Part shown: positions 9,456 to 18,907 of the stretch, piece by piece | How positions within the stretch are numbered: position 1 is the first letter of the stretch | Layout: each line of letters starts with the position of its first letter | Source of the DNA: Thermodesulfobacteriota bacterium | Lineage (GTDB): Bacteria > Desulfobacterota > Desulfobacteria > Desulfobacterales > SURF-7 | DNA: 64,000 nucleotides | Reading direction: 5' to 3' | Assembly (NCBI GenBank): GCA_049320885.1 | Contig: JBMORA010000025.1 | Coordinates: forward strand, 68,913-132,912 | The notes under the pieces: generated by a model | The model's input: the letters and a program-made list of their open reading frames with translations, nothing else | Database searches by the model: none | Told to the model about the DNA's origin: nothing | Made by a program: the position numbers and the translations under genes

Positions 9456-10346
9456 TCAGGGAAAACGCACATAGCGCCGTTCCAGGAAAGCCATGAACCG
9501 GGAGAGGGAAAAAGTGAGCCCGAAATACAACAGGGTGATGGTGATCCAGATCTCGAAGGTCAGATAGGTGGCGCTCATCAACTCCATGCCCTGGAAAGTC
9601 AGTTCCTGGACGGAAATCACCGAGACGATGGCGGAGTCCTTGATGGTCGAGATGAACTGCCCTCCCAGCGGGGAAAATACCCGCCGGAGGGTCTGGGGAA
9701 AGATCACCCGCAAGAAGGTCTGCACCGGCGTGAGGCCCAGGGAATAAGCCGCGTCCCACTGCTCCCGGGGGATGCCGGAAAGCCCGCCGCGGATGATTTC
9801 CGTTACATAGGCCCCCTCATACAACGCGAGGGTGATCACCGCCGAAAAGAACATATTGATCCGCTCTTCGGCGGTGAAGAGCCATTCCATGAGGTCCCGC
9901 AGCAAGGCCGGACTTTCCCGCAGCCGGGCATCCAAATCCAGGGTGTCGAAAAGCTGGCTGCTGATAAAAAAATAGAAAATGAACACCAGCACCAGGGAGG
10001 GAATGTTCCTCACCGTATTCACATACAGCCAGCCGACAAAGCGCTGGAACCGGCCGCCCCGGGAACGCATCACGCCGCAGAGGGAGCCGATCGCAAAGGC
10101 CATGACCATGGACCAGACGCTCAACTTCACGGTGGTGATGAATCCCTGCGTCAGCATGTTGGGCCGCAGCACACCGGTGCGGGCATCGAACCTAAAGAAG
10201 TAGGACGGGATCGCCCCCCATTCCCACTGATACTGAATCACCCTGACCATACGGTGCAGAAACAGGCCGACGGCGGCTAGCACAATCATCAGCACCACGG
10301 CATCCAGGATGCCCGGTCGATTCTTTCGCTGGAAGGGCAGGTTCAT
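9456..10346 (-). CDS. Polar amino acid ABC permease (His/Glu/Gln/Arg family)
   Basis: YVNTVRNIP, AYVTEIIRGG, QWDAAYSLG, IKDSAI. Confidence 0.9.
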   Translation of the reverse strand: MNLPFQRKNRPGILDAVVLMIVLAAVGLFLHRMVRVIQYQWEWGAIPSYFFRFDARTGVLRPNMLTQGFITTVKLSVWSMVMAFAIGSLCGVMRSRGGRFQRFVGWLYVNTVRNIPSLVLVFIFYFFISSQLFDTLDLDARLRESPALLRDLMEWLFTAEERINMFFSAVITLALYEGAYVTEIIRGGLSGIPREQWDAAYSLGLTPVQTFLRVIFPQTLRRVFSPLGGQFISTIKDSAIVSVISVQELTFQGMELMSATYLTFEIWITITLLYFGLTFSLSRFMAFLERRYVRFP

Positions 10347-10398
10347 GAAGAGCGACTCATCCGTTGATACATCCGGCGCGGCAACCGGTCCGGCCGCT

Positions 10399-11220
10399 TC
10401 ATTTCACCCGGGACGCCCATTGATCCGTTTCAAACCAGTAGATTTTCCGCATTTGGAAAAATCCCTCCGAGCTGGTTTTCAGAATCCAGTTGTTAAAAAA
10501 ATTCAAGGCGTCGTGATCCCCCTTGCGCACGGCAAAGCCGATGGGTTCCCGGGTGAAGGTCCCCGAGATGGGTAAAAACAACATTTCCGGATTTTTCAGG
10601 GCCTGAAACGCCGGCAGGGGCGCCGAGGCCACCATGGCGTGCACCCGGCCGAGGGTCAACTCCTGGATGGCCTGACTTTCGTTGTCGAACACCCGCAGGG
10701 TCGCCTTGGGCATGAACTGCCTGGCCGCCTGTTCCGCCGTGGTGCCGATGCGCACCGCGATGGTCACCTCCTTTTTATCGAAGTCGGCCAGGGTGCTGAA
10801 TCCCGAGGCTTTTTCCCGGTGGGCCACGATGGACATCCCCGAATAATCATACGGATTGGTGAAATTGACTTTGAGGTTGCGCTGGGGGGTGACCCCCATG
10901 CCGCCGATGATCACGTCGAACTTGCCGGTCAACAGGGCCGGGATGATGCCGGACCAGGCGGTGGGTACGAATTCCACCCGGACGCCCATATCCTCCGCCA
11001 GTTTTCTGGCCACGTCGATTTCAAAGCCGATCAGTTCACCGTTCTTATCCTTCATGGCCCAGGGAACGAACGTGGACATTCCCACCCGGATGACCCCGGC
11101 TTTCTGGATGCTTTCAATAACGCTTTCCCCGGCAGCCGGATGGGCGGTTTCACCGGTCGCGACCGGTGCCGCCAGACAGAGGATCAGCAACGCCGTGATT
11201 CCTTTCCAGACATGCTTCAT
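10399..11220 (-). CDS. Polar amino acid ABC substrate-binding protein (family 3)
   Basis: Signal peptide, GFEIDVA, WSGIIPALLTGKFD, VNFTNPY. Confidence 0.9.
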   Translation of the reverse strand: MKHVWKGITALLILCLAAPVATGETAHPAAGESVIESIQKAGVIRVGMSTFVPWAMKDKNGELIGFEIDVARKLAEDMGVRVEFVPTAWSGIIPALLTGKFDVIIGGMGVTPQRNLKVNFTNPYDYSGMSIVAHREKASGFSTLADFDKKEVTIAVRIGTTAEQAARQFMPKATLRVFDNESQAIQELTLGRVHAMVASAPLPAFQALKNPEMLFLPISGTFTREPIGFAVRKGDHDALNFFNNWILKTSSEGFFQMRKIYWFETDQWASRVK

Positions 11221-11278
11221 GGTCTACTCCTTTCCTAGTTGCGGCTCTGTTATCCATGACGGATGGTTCCAAACCGCT

Positions 11279-12058
11279 TCACTCGTGAATCCCGAACCGT
11301 TTTTCAAGCCTCGCGATCATCAACGCCAAGGGGGCGGTGAGCAAAAAATAACAAAAGGCCACCGTGAACCAGATTTCGAATGTCAGGAACGTATCCGACA
11401 CGATCCTCCGCCCCTGCATGGTGAGATCGAAAATCGAGATGGTGCTGACCAGGGCCGAATCCTTGATCAGGGAAACGCTCTGACCTGCCAGCATCGGCAA
11501 TATCTGGGGCATGACCTGGGGCACTACTATGTCTCGATAGATATCGAAAACGGACATCCCCAGGCTGAGGCCCGCCTCCCATTGCCCCCTGGGCAGACTG
11601 ATAATGCCCGCGCGGATGATTTCGGATGCATAGGCCCCCTCGAACAGACAAAGGGCCGCAAGGGCGGAAACAAACGGCGACAGGCCCAGCACCGGGGAAA
11701 TGACGAAATACATCACAAACAGCTGGATCAGAAGGGGCGTGTTGCGGACAAGCTCCACATAACAAACCGCCAGAAGCCTCAGGATGGGAGATGCGGACAG
11801 TCGCATCAGGGCCGTGACAACTCCGATTCCCATGGCCAGCAGCAGACCCAGGGATGAAATCGTCAGGGTCACCGTCAATCCGTCCAACAGCATGCCCGTG
11901 ACGATCTTTCCATTCTCAACGGTGAACAGATATTCCGGTATGCGGTACCACTGCCAGTTATACTGCAGGCGATGGTAGCCGATGAATCCCACCGAAAATA
12001 GCGTTCCAAGGAACAGGAGATTCCCCCCGTACCGTTTGACCAGTCGCCGGCAGATCAT
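11279..12058 (-). CDS. Polar amino acid ABC permease (start trimmed from ORF track)
   Basis: YVELVRNTPLLIQL, AYASEIIRAG, GQWEAGLSLG, IKDSAL; upstream ORF extension overlaps the next gene. Confidence 0.88.
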   Translation of the reverse strand: MICRRLVKRYGGNLLFLGTLFSVGFIGYHRLQYNWQWYRIPEYLFTVENGKIVTGMLLDGLTVTLTISSLGLLLAMGIGVVTALMRLSASPILRLLAVCYVELVRNTPLLIQLFVMYFVISPVLGLSPFVSALAALCLFEGAYASEIIRAGIISLPRGQWEAGLSLGMSVFDIYRDIVVPQVMPQILPMLAGQSVSLIKDSALVSTISIFDLTMQGRRIVSDTFLTFEIWFTVAFCYFLLTAPLALMIARLEKRFGIHE

Positions 12059-12108
12059 CGCCGTGTCACGGACGGATGCAAGCGGCCCGCCTTCCCGCTC
12101 TCTGCTGT

Positions 12109-13209
12109 TCACGGCTGCCCGGCTCCAGGCTCCTGCTGAGGACCGGCGGAGGAGAGTTCCACGGCGTCCTCGTTGATCCAGGCGGACAACAGGGTATGGC
12201 TGATGGCCAGAACCACGGGGCCCACAAAAATGCCGATGAGCCCGAAGGCGATCAAGCCGCCGACCACGCCGGCGAAAATGAGCAGCAACGGCAGATCGGC
12301 CCCCTTCTTGATCAGGATGGGACGCAGAAACCCATCCATGGTTCCCACCACCACGGTCCAGAGCAGCAGAAACGTCCCCCAGCCGCTGCTCCCGCTCACA
12401 TACAGCCAGATCACCGAAGGCACCAGCACCGGCATGGGACCGATCTGGGCGATGGCCAGCATGAACATCACCGCCGTCAAGATCGTGGCGAAGGGGATGC
12501 CGGTGACGGCCAGACCGATCCCCCCCAGGATCGACTGGGCCAGGGCCGTGACCACCACGCCCAGGGCCACGCCCCGCACGGCCTGTCCGGCCAGGCGGAC
12601 CGAGTTCTCGCCCCTGGTTCCCGCCAACCGGCGGCCAAAGCGTAAAATCCACAGGGCCCCCCGCTCCCCCTTGGCATACAACAGGGTCGCCATCACCACC
12701 GTGAGCAGGAATTGCAGCAACAAGGCGCCGAACCCACCGACCTCCTTGGCGAACCATTGGACGCTTTTACCGATGTAGGGGGCCAGTTTTTTCATGAAAT
12801 CCTCTATGCCTTCCGCCGTCACCTTCTCCCAGGCCGCCACCAGATCGTCGCCGATGAACGGTATCCGGGGCAGCCACTCCGGCGGCGTGGAAACATGCAG
12901 GTTGGAGAGATATTTCACCCATTCGACGATGCGGTCCGTATTCGATACGATGGTGCCGATGGCCAGCCATAGCGGAACGATCAGAATGCACAGCAGCAGC
13001 ACGGTCATCACGGCCACGGCCGGGGAGCGGCGCCCGCCCAGCCGGTCCTGGATGGAAGTCATGAGCGGCCAGGTGGCCGTCACGATGGTCACGGCCCAGA
13101 TGGAAGCACCCATAAAGGGACGCAGGATCCACAGCGTCGTCCCTATGAGGAGGCCGATAAAGAGCACTGCCAGAAAAATGCGGGAAATATCGTAACGACT
13201 TTCGGTCAT
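12109..13209 (-). CDS. ydiK: AI-2E family transporter, YdiK-like
   Basis: Multi-TM; GQAVRGVALGVVVTALAQ, LRPILIKKGADLPLLLIFAGVVGGL. Confidence 0.82.
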   Translation of the reverse strand: MTESRYDISRIFLAVLFIGLLIGTTLWILRPFMGASIWAVTIVTATWPLMTSIQDRLGGRRSPAVAVMTVLLLCILIVPLWLAIGTIVSNTDRIVEWVKYLSNLHVSTPPEWLPRIPFIGDDLVAAWEKVTAEGIEDFMKKLAPYIGKSVQWFAKEVGGFGALLLQFLLTVVMATLLYAKGERGALWILRFGRRLAGTRGENSVRLAGQAVRGVALGVVVTALAQSILGGIGLAVTGIPFATILTAVMFMLAIAQIGPMPVLVPSVIWLYVSGSSGWGTFLLLWTVVVGTMDGFLRPILIKKGADLPLLLIFAGVVGGLIAFGLIGIFVGPVVLAISHTLLSAWINEDAVELSSAGPQQEPGAGQP

Positions 13210-13753
13210 GATGCGCCTCATTTGGTAATTGGGAGCCGGTATTCACTAGCCGGAGCGAGGATGATCCTGTTTTATCGTCAAATGCCATAATGGTCAAGAC
13301 CGGGATTGATACGACCGCGGCGCCGAGAAATGTATTTGCTACCCCTGATCGGCAACGGATTTCCGAAAAAACGGGACTGATTCCTATCACAATGGACGAA
13401 TCCGGTTTTTCCGTAATACCGACAGGACCTGCTTGGGAGCCGGGATCAGATGCCTCGTCATAGCCTTTTGTAATCAAACAATTATTTTTCTATGCGGGCA
13501 ATCAAACCTGAATCGGCCCGCTTTTTGCTCGCCTTTTGCCGTTATGGATTGATGGATTGATCAGCGGGCTGGTCGACAGATATAATCACAGCCGTCTGGA
13601 AATCCACAGCACCCCCGACAAAAACCCAAGGAAAAAGCGGCTCGGAAGAATCGGCCTCATCCAAGAGGCTGATAGGCACAGTGGCGATTTCAGGACGGGA
13701 TGGGCTGAAATTGCCGTTTACCCCACCAACAGCACAAACGAAGGAGGATACCG

Positions 13754-14410
13754 ATGAAAAAAACCGCCTTTTTGGCAATTACCGCATTTCTTTGCCTGCA
13801 GGCATCGGTCATGGCGACCGGTAGCAGTAATTCCGTAAACACGGAGATGGCCCAAAAGATGCTGCTGGAAGGCAACAAGCGCTATAGCGAAGGCAAACCG
13901 ATTCATCCCAACCAAAACGCCGGCCGGCGAATGGAATTGGCCCAGAGCCAGAAACCTTTCGCGGTGATTCTGAGCTGCTCCGATTCCAGAGTGCCGCCGG
14001 AAATTCTTTTTGATCAGGGCATCGGCGATCTTTTCGTGATCCGTATCGCCGGCAACATCCTCACGGCCGAGGCTCTGGGGAGCATCGAATATGCCGTCGA
14101 ACACCTGGGAGTCAGCTACATAATGGTGCTCGGCCATGAGCGCTGCGGAGCCGTGAGCGCCGCGGTTAAAGGCGGCGAAGCCCCCGGGCATATCGGCAGC
14201 CTGGTGAAGGCGATCCAGCCGGCGGTCTCCCAGGCCAACAATAAACCCGGAGATGTCATTGAAAATGCGGTGGAAGCCAATGTGGGGATCGTCGTCCAAC
14301 AGCTGAAAACCTCGGTCCCGATTCTCAAAGAATTCGTGGAAAAGAGCAAGATAACGGTCGTCGGTGCACGATACGACCTCGATGATGGGATCGTGGCCAT
14401 TCTGAAATAG
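13754..14410 (+). CDS. Exported beta-class carbonic anhydrase
   Basis: Signal peptide; CSDSRVPPE, LFVIRIAGN, LGHERCGAV Zn motifs; GGAGG RBS. Confidence 0.92.
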   Translation: MKKTAFLAITAFLCLQASVMATGSSNSVNTEMAQKMLLEGNKRYSEGKPIHPNQNAGRRMELAQSQKPFAVILSCSDSRVPPEILFDQGIGDLFVIRIAGNILTAEALGSIEYAVEHLGVSYIMVLGHERCGAVSAAVKGGEAPGHIGSLVKAIQPAVSQANNKPGDVIENAVEANVGIVVQQLKTSVPILKEFVEKSKITVVGARYDLDDGIVAILK

Positions 14411-14441
14411 AACGCTGCGCTTTACATCGGACCAGAAGACC

Positions 14442-14478
14442 AAAAGGCAGTCCAGGCATGGCCCTGGCTGCCTTTTTT
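14442..14478 (+). terminator. Intrinsic terminator after carbonic anhydrase
   Basis: AAAAGGCAGTCCAGG...CCTGGCTGCC followed by TTTTTT. Confidence 0.75.
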
Positions 14479-14672
14479 CACCCCCATCCATTTAACAGTC
14501 TGATACAAAATGGTTTTTTTTATTGCCAGCACCGGCAAAAAGTGCTAATCATTTGCATCGTCCGGTCGAAAACCGGAACATCATTTGGACCTGTAACCTT
14601 CACCTGGATCACCCAGCCTGAAACAATCCATGCGGTCGTATCCTGAGCTCTTTTTCACTTTCTTTTGGAGAA

Positions 14673-17600
14673 ATGATGAACCCCGCCGGACAATCTCGAA
14701 TCAGCATCCTCAGCGCCTTGCTGCTGATCATTTCCGCGACGGTGGTGACGGTTACCGGCGCCTTCACGCTCATCCTCGTTCATTACAGAACCTCGGGACT
14801 GATCGCGGAAGCCGACGCCGAACTATTGACCGCCGCAGAAATGATCCGCGAACTTCACGGTACCGGCTACCATGACCGGATCACGGATGCCGCATCGGTT
14901 TCGGAAGAACATTTCCGCCGCATTGTCGCGAAAAACGATGAACTTTGCCGGCGGTTGAACCTGCAGTATCTGTGGAGCGTTCTGCTGGTGAACGACCGGC
15001 TCGTCTTCACATCCGCGACTCACGTGGATCCGAAAGACCCGAACTCGCCGTGCGCCGCCTTCTTCGAATCCCACCGGGACCCGCGATCCTTTGCGGCGGC
15101 GCTGACCCCGGGTGCCGGCCCCACTTTTTCCTCCTTTCACAATGAATGGGGAGAAGGCCGGCAGGTATTGATCCCGTGGAAAGACGCCCATGGCCGCACC
15201 TGTATTTTCGGCGCCAGCACCCAATTGACCCGACTTCGCTCCATGGTGCGCCGAACCATCTTGAATTCGATCGGAATCGGGCTGACCGTGTTGTGCGGCG
15301 CGCTGCTGGTCACCCTGGCCGTCGGACGGTCCCTGGTGAAACCCATCGCCAGTCTGACGAAGGCCGCCGGCCGGATGGTTCAGGGTGATCTCCATGTCCC
15401 GCTGAAGTCCTCGCGGATCATGGAAATACAGGAGCTCGAAAATGCATTCGACCAGATGCGACGGCAATTGCAGCGGGACCTTGCGGCGCTGCGGGAAAGC
15501 GAGTCCAAGAACAGGGCCCTGCTGAACGCCCTGCCGGATCTGATGTTTCTGTTCGACGGGAACGGCGTGTTTCTCGATTATCATGCGCCGGAAGCCGAAC
15601 CTCTTTTACTCGCGCCGGAACTGTTCGTCGGTCGTTCCGTCCGGAACGCACTCGATCCGGGGCTTGCGGAACTGACCATGACCCATCTGACCCAAGTGAT
15701 TACCGGGGGGCAGTCGTCTTCCTACAGGTATGAGGTCAAGATCAACGGCGAAACCAGAATCTATGAAAGCCGCATGGTGCCGTGCTCGGAAAACAAGGCG
15801 CTGGCCATCGTTCGCGATATCACCGGACAGGAACATTACAAAAAAATCCTCACCCAGCGGGAAGAATACCTGCGCACCATTCTTCAGACCGCCGTGGACG
15901 GGTTCTTGGTCATCGACGGCAAGGGAAAACTCGTCGAGGTCAACGACTCCTATTGCCGCATGTCGGGTTACACGCGTGACGAACTCCTGCAGTTCCGGAT
16001 TTCCGATGTGGAAGCTGTCGAGACCGCTGCCGAAACATCCACACGGATCGAGAGAATCCGTTCGAAAGAATACGAGATCTTCGTTACCCGGCATCGCAAA
16101 AAGGACGGCGGATATCTGGATCTCGAAATATCCGTCAATTTTCTGGGCCTGGAAGGCGGGAAATTCATCTGTTTCTGCCGCGACCTGACCGAGCGCAAAG
16201 AACGGGAAGACCGCATCGCCTTGCTGGGCCGGATGCTGGATGTTGCGCCGGCCGCCATCACGATCCATGATACCGGAGGAACCTTCCTGTTTGCCAACAA
16301 AATGACCTGGGAACTGCACGGATACAGCAGCAAGGATGCGTTCATGGCCCTCAGCCTCCGCGACCTCGATGTGCCGGAAAGCGCGGCCATGCTGGCCGAA
16401 AGGGTCCGGCTGATTTCCGAGCAGGGAGAAGCGCGCTTCGAGGTCGCCCATTATCGCCGGGACGGCTCCATCTTCCCGCTGGAGGTGCTCGCCAAGGAGA
16501 TCGAATGGGAAGGACGGCCCGCCATCCTCAGCATCGCCGCCGACATCACCGCCCGGAAACAGGCGGAGGCGGCCTTGCGGGAAAGCGAGGAGTTGTTCCG
16601 GAAATTTCTGGAAGAGGCCCCGGACGGGGTTTACATGAACGATCTGGAAGGCAATTTCCTTTACGGTAACCGGAAAGCCGAGGAAATCATCGGCTACAGC
16701 CGGGAGGAACTCATCGGCCGGAATTTCCTGGAGCTGCCCATCCTGGCGGAAAGCAGCCTGCCCCGGGCCGCCGAATTGCTCCAGGCGAACATCGAGGACC
16801 AATCCACCGGACCGGACGAACTGGAACTGATCGCCAGGGATGGCCGGCGGATTCCGGTGGAGATCAACACCAGCGTGACGCATCATTCCGGCAAAAAAAT
16901 CGTCCTGGCCTTTGTCAGAGACACCACGGAACGGAAAAAATCGGAAAAGGCCTTACGCAACAGTGAGGCTGAATACCGGGCGCTGTATGAAGGCGCGGCC
17001 ATCGGTATCTTTCATTCAACATTTGAAGGCCGGTTTTTAGACGTGAATCCCGCCTTGGCGAAAATGCTCGGTTATTCTTCCCCCCCGGAAGTACTGAATT
17101 CCATTTATAACATTGCCGAACAGATTTATGCATCGCCTCCAAAACGCGACCAAATCATTACGGATTTATTGGCGCAAGGCAAAACGGTTACGCTGGAAAA
17201 CAGATACCGCCGCAAGAACGGAGAAGAATGGGACGCCTTCCTTCACTTGAGATATGTGGTCGATGAACAGGGAAAGCCCAAGCATCTGGAAGGATTTGTC
17301 GAAGACATAACCGAACGCAAACTGGCCGAAAACCTGTTGCGCGAAAGCGAGGCGCGGTTCAAGGCATTGCACAACGCCTCCTTCGGCGGCATCGCCATTC
17401 ATGATCGGGGCGTGATCATCGACTGCAACCAGGGACTGGCGGAGATGACCGGCTATTCCTTGAACGAATTGATCGGCATGAACGGATTGCTGCTGATCGC
17501 CGAAAAGTCCAGAAAGCTGGTAATGGACAACATCTCATCCGGTTATGAAAAACCATATGAGGCTTTCGGGCTGCGCAAAAACGGCGAAGCGTTCCCCATC

Positions 17601-18875
17601 CGGCTGGAGGCCCGCAATATCCCCTACGAAGGGAGACAAGTCCGGACGGTCGAATTCAGGGACATCACCGAAGCCAAAAAGGCCGAGGAAGAACGGACAA
17701 AACTCCAGGCCCAGCTGCTCCAGTCCCAGAAGATGGAATCCGTGGGCCGTCTGGCCGGGGGCGTGGCCCATGATTTCAACAACATGCTCATGATCATCAT
17801 CGGCAACGCCGAAATGGCCCTGGATGAAACCGAGCCGTCCGCCCCCCTTGCCGCGCACCTGCAGGAAATCATGGCCAGCGCCCGGCGCTCGGCCGACCTC
17901 ACCCGCCAGCTCCTGGCCTTTGCCCGCAAGCAGACCGTCAGCCCCCGGGTGCTGGACCTGAACGAGGTCGTCTCCGGCATGATCAAGATGCTCCAGCGCC
18001 TCATCGGCGAGGACATCGACCTGGTCTGGAAACCCTCCTCCCGGCTCTGGCCGGTCAACATGGACCCCTCCCAGATCGACCAGATCCTGGTCAACCTGGC
18101 GGTCAACGCCCGGGACGCCATCACCGGTGTGGGCAACCTGACCATTGAAACCGAAAACGCCGTCTTTGACGAAACCGATTGCATGGCCCATGCAGGTCTC
18201 ATTCCCGGCGAATACGTGCGGCTTTCGGTGAGCGACACCGGCTGCGGCATGGGGCAGGAAACCATCGAACATCTTTTCGAGCCGTTTTACACCACCAAGG
18301 AGGTCGGCAAGGGGACGGGGCTGGGGCTGGCCACGGTGTACGGAATCGTCCGGCAGAACGACGGGTTCATTCATGTCCACAGCGAACCGGGACACGGCAC
18401 GACCTTTAAAATCCACATCCCCAGAACCCAGGCCGCCGCGGAGACGGCGCCCCAGGAAAGCGGCCGGAAACCGGCCGGCGGCACGGAAACGGTGCTGCTG
18501 GTGGAAGACGAGCCGGCGATCCTGAAACTGGCCCAGGCGATTCTGGAGCGCTACGGTTACACGGTGCTCGCGGCCCGCACGCCCCGGGAAGCAAGGGAGA
18601 TCGCCGGCAGCCACCCGGATCCGATTCACCTGCTGATCACCGACGTGGTCATGCCCCAGATGAACGGCCGGGATTTGCTGGAAAGCATCGCGACCCTCCG
18701 GCCGGAAATCAGGGTCCTCTTCATGTCCGGGTATACGGCCGACGTCATCGCCCACCACGGAGTCCTGGACGAGGGGATTCACTTTCTGCAAAAACCCTTC
18801 TCCGTCCGGACCCTCTCCGCGGCTGTCCGAGACGTGCTGGACAGGGAAGAGGCCCTTGAAACAAAATCCTTCTGA
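14673..18875 (+). CDS. Hybrid sensor histidine kinase (2 TM, HAMP, about 6 PAS, HisKA, HATPase, REC)
   Basis: Repeated PAS ends (RDIT/RDLT/EDIT), GGVAHDFNN H-box, NARDA, GTGLGL, receiver LLVEDE...TDVVMP. Confidence 0.92.
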   Translation: MMNPAGQSRISILSALLLIISATVVTVTGAFTLILVHYRTSGLIAEADAELLTAAEMIRELHGTGYHDRITDAASVSEEHFRRIVAKNDELCRRLNLQYLWSVLLVNDRLVFTSATHVDPKDPNSPCAAFFESHRDPRSFAAALTPGAGPTFSSFHNEWGEGRQVLIPWKDAHGRTCIFGASTQLTRLRSMVRRTILNSIGIGLTVLCGALLVTLAVGRSLVKPIASLTKAAGRMVQGDLHVPLKSSRIMEIQELENAFDQMRRQLQRDLAALRESESKNRALLNALPDLMFLFDGNGVFLDYHAPEAEPLLLAPELFVGRSVRNALDPGLAELTMTHLTQVITGGQSSSYRYEVKINGETRIYESRMVPCSENKALAIVRDITGQEHYKKILTQREEYLRTILQTAVDGFLVIDGKGKLVEVNDSYCRMSGYTRDELLQFRISDVEAVETAAETSTRIERIRSKEYEIFVTRHRKKDGGYLDLEISVNFLGLEGGKFICFCRDLTERKEREDRIALLGRMLDVAPAAITIHDTGGTFLFANKMTWELHGYSSKDAFMALSLRDLDVPESAAMLAERVRLISEQGEARFEVAHYRRDGSIFPLEVLAKEIEWEGRPAILSIAADITARKQAEAALRESEELFRKFLEEAPDGVYMNDLEGNFLYGNRKAEEIIGYSREELIGRNFLELPILAESSLPRAAELLQANIEDQSTGPDELELIARDGRRIPVEINTSVTHHSGKKIVLAFVRDTTERKKSEKALRNSEAEYRALYEGAAIGIFHSTFEGRFLDVNPALAKMLGYSSPPEVLNSIYNIAEQIYASPPKRDQIITDLLAQGKTVTLENRYRRKNGEEWDAFLHLRYVVDEQGKPKHLEGFVEDITERKLAENLLRESEARFKALHNASFGGIAIHDRGVIIDCNQGLAEMTGYSLNELIGMNGLLLIAEKSRKLVMDNISSGYEKPYEAFGLRKNGEAFPIRLEARNIPYEGRQVRTVEFRDITEAKKAEEERTKLQAQLLQSQKMESVGRLAGGVAHDFNNMLMIIIGNAEMALDETEPSAPLAAHLQEIMASARRSADLTRQLLAFARKQTVSPRVLDLNEVVSGMIKMLQRLIGEDIDLVWKPSSRLWPVNMDPSQIDQILVNLAVNARDAITGVGNLTIETENAVFDETDCMAHAGLIPGEYVRLSVSDTGCGMGQETIEHLFEPFYTTKEVGKGTGLGLATVYGIVRQNDGFIHVHSEPGHGTTFKIHIPRTQAAAETAPQESGRKPAGGTETVLLVEDEPAILKLAQAILERYGYTVLAARTPREAREIAGSHPDPIHLLITDVVMPQMNGRDLLESIATLRPEIRVLFMSGYTADVIAHHGVLDEGIHFLQKPFSVRTLSAAVRDVLDREEALETKSF
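17711..18820 (+). repeat. 1110-bp direct repeat, copy 1 (kinase + receiver coding block)
   Basis: No difference seen from 22678..23787; alternate-frame and antisense ORF translations are also identical. Confidence 0.93.
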
Positions 18876-18907
18876 AAAACACCATCCCCCATTCGAGGTC
18901 ATGCGGC

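Noticed and set aside
12059..12757. N-terminal extension of the permease ORF in the track
   Set aside because: It overlaps the AI-2E transporter gene in another frame; the permease-like sequence begins near 12058.
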